Source of the DNA: an uncultured Chthonomonadaceae bacterium
GTDB taxonomy: Bacteria; Armatimonadota; Chthonomonadetes; Chthonomonadales; CAJBBX01
Length of the DNA: 64,000 nt
Assembly: GCA_964396385.1 (NCBI GenBank)
Contig: CAYNFH010000003.1
Span: 12,178 to 76,177 of the forward strand
Reading direction: 5' to 3'
Positions 43,766 to 52,650 of this stretch are shown in pieces. Position numbers and translations under genes: made by a program. Numbering within the stretch: position 1 is the first letter of the stretch; every line of letters starts with the position of its first letter. The notes under the pieces were generated by a model that worked only from the letters and a program-made list of their open reading frames with translations, searched no databases and was not told the DNA's origin.

Positions 43766-45114
43766 CGGTTCTCTCCCTTGCCGATGACGCTGAAGGTGAC
43801 CTCGGACGTGTAGAACACGCCGGCGGGGGCGCGGGCCTCCCGGAGCCGCTTCATTCCCTGGAAGCGCACTCCTTCGTCACCTACGTTGGCAGCGTCTATG
43901 ACCGCGGCCGCCTTCTCCCTCGTGGTGAAGAGAAGTGCCTTCACGTGCTCCAGCCCTTTCTCATCCGCCGTGTAGTACTCGCTGGGTGGCGGCGGGAGCC
44001 TCTTGACGTCGCCGACCTCTACCTGGGCTGTGCTCACGTCTCCCTTTGGAAACAGGCGATAGACCTTGCCGTCCACGTTGCGGTCCAGCACCACCAGGAA
44101 GCCGGTGACGCCGATTTTCACGTCCAGGCGGATGGGCTCGCCCAGCTCAAAGGCGGTGTGGTCCGGGATCAGGCTGAGGGAGAGCGCCGCGGGATCCACG
44201 TGGTCGCTGTTAAAGTCTTGCCAGAGGGTCGGGGGATCCTGCTCTGTGCTGGAGACCGTCGCGAGACGGTCCTTGGAGTCGAACAGCGACGCCTGCACAT
44301 AGGCCGGGGAGATAGTCGGGTGCTGGTGGAACCGGTCGCCGAGCGTCTCCGCGACTTTCCCCTTCACCTCCGCGTGGAGGGTTCCCCACGGGAGGCTGCT
44401 GTCCTGCTTCAGCTCTTCCACCAGATCACTGGTGAAGACGCCGTGGTACTCGCCCTTGAATCGGCCCTCCAGCGCCTGCTCGTTGCCCTGCGCCGCGGTC
44501 CAGTAGCATACGTTGCTGTCCTTCACCAGGTCGCTCTGAGTGTCCTGATGGCTCGCCGGCCGGGCCGTGATGCTCTTGGAGCCTGCCGGCGCATAGTAGC
44601 GCGGCCGGAAGTCGCGCCGGTCCTCCGTAGAGATGAATTTACGCATGGCGCCGGAGAAGCAGGAGTCCAGAACCACTGTACGGGCGCGGCCGGGGACAGC
44701 GCGCACGGTCTGGTAGAGCTCTTCCGGCGTAATCCCGTTGCCCTGTGCCGTGGAGTCGGTAGGCATCAGCTCCATGCGCGGCTCATCCCGGCCGTGGCCC
44801 GCGAAGTAGAGGAGAAAGCGCTCACTCGGGCCCACGCGCGCGCCAATAGAGGAGATGTTCGCCAGGATGGCCGCGCGCGTCGCCTGCTCGTTGAGCAGCA
44901 GCGTGACCTTGAAGCCGAGGTCCTTCAAGGCTCCGGCCATCAGGCGGGCGTCTCCCTCGCAGCCTCGCAGCGTGTTAGCACGGGCGAGTTGGTACCGCTG
45001 TACCCCGATCACCAGGGCTTGATCCTCGCTTTGCGCAGGCGCCTGCGCGGCAAGCATCGCAAGCAGCAGGAACGCCGTAACAGCGGCGGATCGCATGGAC
45101 GTTAAGCGTTTCAT
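43762..45114 (-). CDS. Secreted caspase-family (peptidase C14) protease with a DUF4384-like C-terminal domain; catalytic dyad intact
   Basis: Start MKRLTSMRSAAVTAFLLLAMLAAQAPAQ at 45114. Motifs: ALVIGVQRY, LLYFAGHGR, VLDSCFSG and GEPIRLDVKIGVTGFLVVLDRNVDGKVYRLFP. The track ORF to 45741 is an extension. Confidence 0.85.
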   Translation of the reverse strand: MKRLTSMRSAAVTAFLLLAMLAAQAPAQSEDQALVIGVQRYQLARANTLRGCEGDARLMAGALKDLGFKVTLLLNEQATRAAILANISSIGARVGPSERFLLYFAGHGRDEPRMELMPTDSTAQGNGITPEELYQTVRAVPGRARTVVLDSCFSGAMRKFISTEDRRDFRPRYYAPAGSKSITARPASHQDTQSDLVKDSNVCYWTAAQGNEQALEGRFKGEYHGVFTSDLVEELKQDSSLPWGTLHAEVKGKVAETLGDRFHQHPTISPAYVQASLFDSKDRLATVSSTEQDPPTLWQDFNSDHVDPAALSLSLIPDHTAFELGEPIRLDVKIGVTGFLVVLDRNVDGKVYRLFPKGDVSTAQVEVGDVKRLPPPPSEYYTADEKGLEHVKALLFTTREKAAAVIDAANVGDEGVRFQGMKRLREARAPAGVFYTSEVTFSVIGKGENR

Positions 45115-45192
45115 GCGCGGCTCTTCGCGTGGCGTTTGGGCTATTCCTCGCCCCTTCCAGCCCTTTCGGAGGGATCTGCGCAAATGGGCCGG

Positions 45193-45216
45193 TTTCGGCA
45201 ACGCTTTCGGCAACGG
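45193..45216. promoter_or_regulatory. Tandem direct repeat TTTCGGCAACG(C/G) x2 in the divergent caspase-operon / CIS promoter region
   Basis: ggTTTCGGCAACGCTTTCGGCAACGGtgg, about 80 nt upstream of the first CIS gene. Confidence 0.4.
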
Positions 45217-45297
45217 TGGGCCTGTAGACTGGCCGTGGTCAGGACGCAAGAGCCCCTGAACGTCCGACAACGCCCTGGAAGGCAAAACGATCCGCCC

Positions 45298-46518
45298 ATG
45301 ATCCACGACGTGGACGAGACCCTGCGCAAGCTGCTGGTGGAGGAGCTGGCTCGCATTCCCGGCGACCCCGTGCGTCACCCCGATCAGATTGGGTTCGACC
45401 CGCCGTCGGTGGCGGAGGCCATCCAGGATCGGGCGGCTCGCGTAAACCTGTACCTGCACGACGTCCGGGAGAACCGCGACCTGCGGGACGAGGGGTTCGT
45501 GTCGGTCCCCGGTCCACCGGACAGAAGCGCCGTAGGCCGCCGCCAGACGGGGGTGCGGCTGGACCTTTCCTATCTCATCACCGCGTACGCGGGCGATGAC
45601 GCCGCGGTGGAGCACCGGCTGCTGTCCGATATTCTCATCGTCCTGCTGCGCACTCTGTCGGCGCCCACCAAGTACCTCAGCGGAGAGCTGGAGGGGCTGG
45701 GCTCCAACGCCGTCCTGCTGACCGTGGCCCAGCCGGACCACATCGCTAACAGCGATCCCGCGTCCTTATGGCAGGCGCTCGGCGGAACGCTCCGGCCGGC
45801 CGTGAGCCTCGTGGTCACGACGCCGTTCGACCCGTTCGCTACCGTCTGGGCCAGGGCGGTGAAGGAGGCGATCCTGGGGGTAGGTCAGGGTCTTCCCCCC
45901 GACGGCCCCAGGCGTCCGCTGGGGATGACCGGCGTGTGGGTGAGTGCGGCCGGCGTGGCGCTGAACCAGGAGACGGAGAGACCGCTGGAGGGTGTGCGGG
46001 TAACCGTCTCCGGCCGCCGCGAGTCCGTGCACACCGATTCCCACGGGTTCTTCCACCTACTCAACCTGCCGGCCGGCCCGTATACCCTCCAGTTCGAGAA
46101 GAAAGGCTACCAGGCGCAGTCGCTGGCCGTGTACGCGCCACAGCTCGGACGACCGGACCAACTGGAGCCCACCGTCGCCGCGCTGCGTGCACTCAGCCCG
46201 GAGGAGCGCGCTGCGCAGGCTGCGGGTCAGGCGGCCGCCCGGGCCACGTCGGCCGTTATCGAGAGAGACCGTACCTACCGCGTCTCCCTCACCGGCACGC
46301 TCACCTTCGCCGATGGCCGGCCCGCCGCCAACATACCCGTCCGTGTTGGACGCCACACCACGACCACGGACCTTTCCGGAGTCTACTACTTCCTGGACCT
46401 TCCGCCGGGAGATCACACGGTCTATGCGGACGTACCCGGCCAGGGTCCACTCAAGGCGGTGCCCGGAGAGGCCACTCCCATCCTTTCCGGCCCGCCAGCC
46501 GGCCGCTCTCGTTCATAG
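45298..46518 (+). CDS. DUF4255 (Pvc16/Afp16 N-terminal-like, tail cap/terminator) fused to two carboxypeptidase-regulatory-like beta-sandwich domains
   Basis: MIHDVDETLRKLL...VNLYLHDVRENRDLR...LDLSYLITAYAG are DUF4255 hallmarks. Then VRVTVSGRRESVHTDSHGFFHLLNLPAGPYTLQFEKKGY and a second TTTDLSGVYYFLDLPPGDHTVYA. Confidence 0.8.
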   Translation: MIHDVDETLRKLLVEELARIPGDPVRHPDQIGFDPPSVAEAIQDRAARVNLYLHDVRENRDLRDEGFVSVPGPPDRSAVGRRQTGVRLDLSYLITAYAGDDAAVEHRLLSDILIVLLRTLSAPTKYLSGELEGLGSNAVLLTVAQPDHIANSDPASLWQALGGTLRPAVSLVVTTPFDPFATVWARAVKEAILGVGQGLPPDGPRRPLGMTGVWVSAAGVALNQETERPLEGVRVTVSGRRESVHTDSHGFFHLLNLPAGPYTLQFEKKGYQAQSLAVYAPQLGRPDQLEPTVAALRALSPEERAAQAAGQAAARATSAVIERDRTYRVSLTGTLTFADGRPAANIPVRVGRHTTTTDLSGVYYFLDLPPGDHTVYADVPGQGPLKAVPGEATPILSGPPAGRSRS

Positions 46519-46551
46519 CGCGGTTCCCTTTCTCGTTTGCAGGAGGACACG

Positions 46552-48405
46552 ATGCCTGAATACCTAGCACCCGGCGTATTCGTTGAAGAGATTGACAACG
46601 GCAGCAAGCCCATAGAAGGCGTGGGCACAAACACGGTCGCCTTCGTGGGCTTCGCGAAGAGCGGGGACTTCAACACCCCCACCTTTATCTCCAACTGGAC
46701 GCAGTTCTGCCAGAGCTTCGGCGAGGAGGAGAACGCGCTTGTTCGCGCCCTCTCCGACGAGCTGGGAATCACCGGCCCGGAGGTCGTAGCCGCCAAGCGC
46801 GCCTCGCGCAAAGGCTGGATAGAGTACGCGCAGACTGCGGTCCAGAGTGCTATCCGCGAGCGCCCGGCCAATGCCAAGGGTAGCAAGAGCTGGCAGGACT
46901 TCCTGCGCACCCACCAGATTCCCATGAGCGGCCTGCCATACGCGGAGGGCAGCTACCTGGCGCACACGGTCCGCGGCTACTACGACAACGGCGGAGGGCG
47001 CGCGTACATTGTGCGCATTCCACGCCGCCAGGATGTGGAGTCGCTGCTTTATAAGGTCAATGGCCAGGCCGACAGCAAGAAGCTGGCCCCGCCTCCACCA
47101 CTCACTATCGGTCCCTATACTTTCAAGGCCGCGAAGACCGCCGCAGACCCAGTTCAGATCGAGGTGGAGCACGTTGGGGACGGAGAGGAGTTCCGGATCA
47201 AGCTGTCTCAGGGCGACGCCTCGGAGTCCTATGGGTACGGCAAGGACAAGCCCTTGACTCCGGACGGGCTGGCCCAGGCGCTCACTCGCTCCAAGCTGGT
47301 GGACGTACAGACGGCGGACGCCGCCACCATGACGCGGCCGGAAGCTCGCATCTATACCATTGAGGCCGCGAGCCTCGTCCCGGTTGCTGCTTCCGGCGCA
47401 CCCGAGTCGCTCTCCGTCAGCGCGCTGGCAGCGCTCAAAGCGGAGGATTTCATTGGGGACGAGGCGCAGCGCACCGGCGTTAACGGGCTCGCGCTGCTGG
47501 ACGACGTCAACGCGGTCTGCGTGCCGGACCTCATGGCGGGCCTCTATCAGCGGCAGAGTGTAAACGGTAACGGCGGACCGGCGGTGGAGACGCTCGCACT
47601 GAACGACGCGCGCCGACAGGCGATCCTCGACGCTCAGTGCGCCGTGGTGGCCTATTGCGAGCGCTCCGCGGACCGAATGGCTATCCTGGACCCGCTGCCA
47701 GGATTGACGCCGCAGCAGATGCGCGACACCACGCTCAATACCCCCTATAACTGCGATCACGGCCAGGCGGCCATTTACTATCCCTGGATCAGGATCACGG
47801 ACCCGATGCGCCGGGGCCAGCAGATGATGTGCCCACCCTGCGGCCACGTGGCGGGCGTCTGGGTGCGGGCGGCGGTTGAGCGCGGAGTACACAAGGCACC
47901 GGCCAACGAGGCGCTGCTCGGAGCCGTGGCCCTGGAGGTGGGGATTACGAAGGGCGAGCAGGAGATCCTCAACCCGGAGGGCATCAATGCTATCCGTGCG
48001 TTCCCCGGCACCGGCATCCGCATCTGGGGCGCCCGTACGCTGGCGACCGTGGGCAACCCCTCCTGGAAGTACGTCAACGTCCGACGGTTGTTCAACTACC
48101 TGGAGAAATCCATGGAGCGCGGGCTCCAGTGGGTGGTCTTCGAGCCAAACGACTCGGACCTGTGGGGCCGGGTGCGCCGAAACATCGCCGCCTTCCTGTG
48201 GACCGAGTGGAAGGAAGGAAAGCTGTTCGGAACGACTGCGGCGGAGGCGTTCTACGTCAAGTGCGACTCGGAGACAAATCCCCAGGAGATGATCGATCTC
48301 GGCAGGCTGTACGTGGAGATCGGGGTCAACCCCGTCAAGCCGGCGGAGTTCGTGATTGTGCGCATCGGGCAGTGGTCGGCCAGCAGCAGCATCGCAGAAG
48401 CGTAG
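46552..48405 (+). CDS. Contractile tail sheath protein
   Basis: AGGAGG SD. MPEYLAPGVFVEEID is the canonical sheath N-terminus. Also GINAIRAFPGTGIRIWGARTL...NVRRLFNYLEKS...FVEF-type C-terminal motifs. Confidence 0.92.
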   Translation: MPEYLAPGVFVEEIDNGSKPIEGVGTNTVAFVGFAKSGDFNTPTFISNWTQFCQSFGEEENALVRALSDELGITGPEVVAAKRASRKGWIEYAQTAVQSAIRERPANAKGSKSWQDFLRTHQIPMSGLPYAEGSYLAHTVRGYYDNGGGRAYIVRIPRRQDVESLLYKVNGQADSKKLAPPPPLTIGPYTFKAAKTAADPVQIEVEHVGDGEEFRIKLSQGDASESYGYGKDKPLTPDGLAQALTRSKLVDVQTADAATMTRPEARIYTIEAASLVPVAASGAPESLSVSALAALKAEDFIGDEAQRTGVNGLALLDDVNAVCVPDLMAGLYQRQSVNGNGGPAVETLALNDARRQAILDAQCAVVAYCERSADRMAILDPLPGLTPQQMRDTTLNTPYNCDHGQAAIYYPWIRITDPMRRGQQMMCPPCGHVAGVWVRAAVERGVHKAPANEALLGAVALEVGITKGEQEILNPEGINAIRAFPGTGIRIWGARTLATVGNPSWKYVNVRRLFNYLEKSMERGLQWVVFEPNDSDLWGRVRRNIAAFLWTEWKEGKLFGTTAAEAFYVKCDSETNPQEMIDLGRLYVEIGVNPVKPAEFVIVRIGQWSASSSIAEA

Positions 48406-48430
48406 TCTTCGACGATAGGAGGGATTAGCA

Positions 48431-48865
48431 ATGGCTGAAGTGATTGGGGCATTGAGGTGGTACCTCGAAGTCGACGGCATAACGGAAGGAATCTTTCGGG
48501 AGGTGACGGGGCTCGATTCCGAGACGGAGGTGATCGAGCACCGGGTCACGGGCAAGAACGGCAACCTGATAGTCCACAAGGTGCCGGGTGCGCTCAAGTG
48601 GTCCAACGTCACCCTCCGCCGCGGAATTACGGACGACCGGAAGCTGCACGACTGGCGCAAAAAGATCGAGGACGGGCAGATCGAGGCGAACCGCAAGAAC
48701 GGGACGATCACCTGCTTCGCCCCGAACGGCGATGTAGTCGCAAAGTACTCGTTCAAGAAGGGCTGGCCGTGTAAGTGGCGGGGGCCGGGACTGGACGCCA
48801 CCAAGAACGAGTTGGCCATTGAAGAGCTGGAGCTGGCCCACGAGGGGCTGGAGCGCCAGCAGTAA
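48431..48865 (+). CDS. Tail tube protein (gp19/Afp1-like)
   Basis: FREVTGLDSETEVIEHR...KVPGALKWSNVTLRRGI...WPCKWRGPGLDA...IEELELAHEGL. Confidence 0.88.
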   Translation: MAEVIGALRWYLEVDGITEGIFREVTGLDSETEVIEHRVTGKNGNLIVHKVPGALKWSNVTLRRGITDDRKLHDWRKKIEDGQIEANRKNGTITCFAPNGDVVAKYSFKKGWPCKWRGPGLDATKNELAIEELELAHEGLERQQ

Positions 48866-48876
48866 TGAGGCCCTAG

Positions 48877-49221
48877 ATGAACAAGGCATCCGGCCTACAA
48901 ACCGAGTTCGAGTTCACCCTTCCTAAGGGATATGTGGGACCGGACGGTACGCTGCACCGGAAGGGCAGGATGCGCCTCGCCACGGCCATCGACGAGATCG
49001 CTCCGCTGCGGGATCCGCGCGTCCGCTCCAATGAGGCGTACCTGGTGATCATCCTGCTCGCCAGGGTGATCACCCAGCTAGGGACGCTCGACGGCATCGA
49101 CACCGGCGTGATCGAAGGGCTGTTTTCTGCCGACCTTGCCTACCTCCAGGACTTCTACCGGAAGATCAACGACGTGGATGGAGGTGAGGCCGCGGGGGAG
49201 GACGGCCAGACGGGGGAATAG
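48877..49221 (+). CDS. Tail-assembly-chaperone-like protein (P2 gpE-like)
   Basis: FEFTLPKGYVGPDGTLHRKGRMRLATAIDEIAPLRDPRV..., an acidic tail, and a position directly after the tube gene. Confidence 0.55.
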   Translation: MNKASGLQTEFEFTLPKGYVGPDGTLHRKGRMRLATAIDEIAPLRDPRVRSNEAYLVIILLARVITQLGTLDGIDTGVIEGLFSADLAYLQDFYRKINDVDGGEAAGEDGQTGE

Positions 49222-49379
49222 CGCGCTACCCCTCGGAGGCGCTGTACGAGGAGGTAGCGTACATTGCTTACCACTTCCACTGGCCGCTTGAGGACATCCT
49301 CAACCTGGAGCACGCCGAGCGCCACAAGTGGATCGAGGAGATAGGGAAGATAAACCGGCGCCTGACGGCCGGGGAGTAG
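49188..49379 (+). CDS. Start-less conserved small ORF in the -1 frame relative to 48877..49221 (YHFHW motif; DUF6760-like from memory)
   Basis: My translation is ...GGIARYPSEALYEEVAYIAYHFHWPLEDILNLEHAERHKWIEEIGKINRRLTAGE*. No ATG/GTG/TTG occurs between the upstream in-frame TGA (49185) and the conserved part. Two G5 runs lie in the overlap. Confidence 0.5.
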   Translation, partial: GRGGGRPDGGIARYPSEALYEEVAYIAYHFHWPLEDILNLEHAERHKWIEEIGKINRRLTAGE

Positions 49380-49386
49380 GGCGGAA

Positions 49387-50012
49387 ATGGTGGCTGCAGT
49401 CGCCCATGCAAACGATCTGACGCTCGCCGCGACCACGGCCGTGCTCAAGAGCTTTCTGGAGAACGGCATGGTGGATCGCGGAGTGACAGCCAACGTAGGG
49501 GCCGGGGCGCTCGTCACTGCCCAGCCCCCGGACCGCGTGGAGACGGGTCCGGAGGAGAAGGCCCAGCTCAACCTATTCCTGTACCAGGTCAAGCCAAAAG
49601 GGATGGACTACGGGAGCCGCGCGTCTCCCGGCGAGGACGAGCGCTGGGTCTCCCGGGCCGCTGCGTTTGAGCTGAACTACCTGATCACCGCCTATGGCGG
49701 CGAAGACCTCCAGCCGGAGCTGCTGCTTGGCTTCGTAGTGGAAGCGTTCGCTGAGCGTCCGGTGCTGTGCGGCGACGTCATCGGGCCGGCGCTGGCGTTC
49801 GAGGGGCACGGCAAGCCCATGGCGCCAGGCTTCGCCGCCATGCGCAAGAGCGGCCTCGATAAGCGGCTGCGTGAGATACGAATGAACCTGCAAGCGCTCA
49901 CGCCGGATGAGATGTTCAACATCTGGTCCACCCTCCAGGCGACGTTCCGGCCATCGGTGGTGTACCGAGTCCAGGTCTTTCGGGACGGGGCAGCGCAGGA
50001 AGGATCGGAGCC

Positions 50013-50016
<4 letters not shown>
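49387..50016 (+). CDS. DUF4255 (Pvc16_N) domain protein
   Basis: LNLFLYQVKP... and FELNYLITAYGGEDL are DUF4255 hallmarks. Confidence 0.8.
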
Positions 50017-52031
<2,015 letters not shown>

Positions 52032-52053
52032 GCCCGGGTTGGGAGGTGGGCGG

Positions 52054-52617
52054 ATGGCAGGCAAGATAAAGGCAGGTCTCGTAGCGCCTCAGCGCGCGAC
52101 AACTCACGAAGGAGGGCCCGCACCTGCGCCCGCCGCCCGGGGCGCGCGCACTCCGGCGATCCACACGGCCGGAAAGGCCGAGCCAGGCTTTGGCCACAAC
52201 TTCGCCAACGTACAGGTGGCGGCGGAGCCGGATGTGGACGCGCCACCAAACGTGGTGCATCGGCGGGTGATGGAGGAGATGGAGCAATCCCTGGGCGGGG
52301 GTGGCGGCGGGATGGGTAGCGCTGCCTCCGGAATGCTGGCAGGGCTGGGCGGAGGCGGGCTGGGAAGCGCCGCTTCAGGGATCATGGCAGGTTTGGGCGG
52401 GCTCGGCTTGCCGGACCCGACCTTTGGCATGGCCGGCAAAGCCCTCTCCATGGGCCAGGACGCGGCCAGCACGCTGGGTGGCGCGGCGGCGCCGTACGCG
52501 GCGCCGTTCATGAATCCTCTGGGATCGCTCGCGGGTGCGGCCAGCGGTCTAGCGGGCTCCATCGGAGGTCAGCTTCCGGCACTCCCGAGCCTCGATCCCA
52601 GCTTATTGCTTATGTAG
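52054..52617 (+). CDS. Small Gly-rich protein carrying only the FGHxF..V.V leader motif of DUF4157 (eCIS cargo-type N-terminus)
   Basis: GGGAGG SD. EPGFGHNFANVQV, then repeats of GGLGSAASG(I/M)(M/L)AGLGG. Confidence 0.6.
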   Translation: MAGKIKAGLVAPQRATTHEGGPAPAPAARGARTPAIHTAGKAEPGFGHNFANVQVAAEPDVDAPPNVVHRRVMEEMEQSLGGGGGGMGSAASGMLAGLGGGGLGSAASGIMAGLGGLGLPDPTFGMAGKALSMGQDAASTLGGAAAPYAAPFMNPLGSLAGAASGLAGSIGGQLPALPSLDPSLLLM

Positions 52618-52650
52618 AAGCGGTAGGCGAGTACGGCGCAGGTTGAAGGC

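Noticed and set aside
46564-48819. 751-aa minus-strand ORF, the longest in this part of the track
   Set aside because: It is antisense to the sheath and tube genes, which have unmistakable family motifs. Its translation is Arg/Gly/Ala/Pro/Leu-rich with no motif, a typical high-GC antisense artefact.
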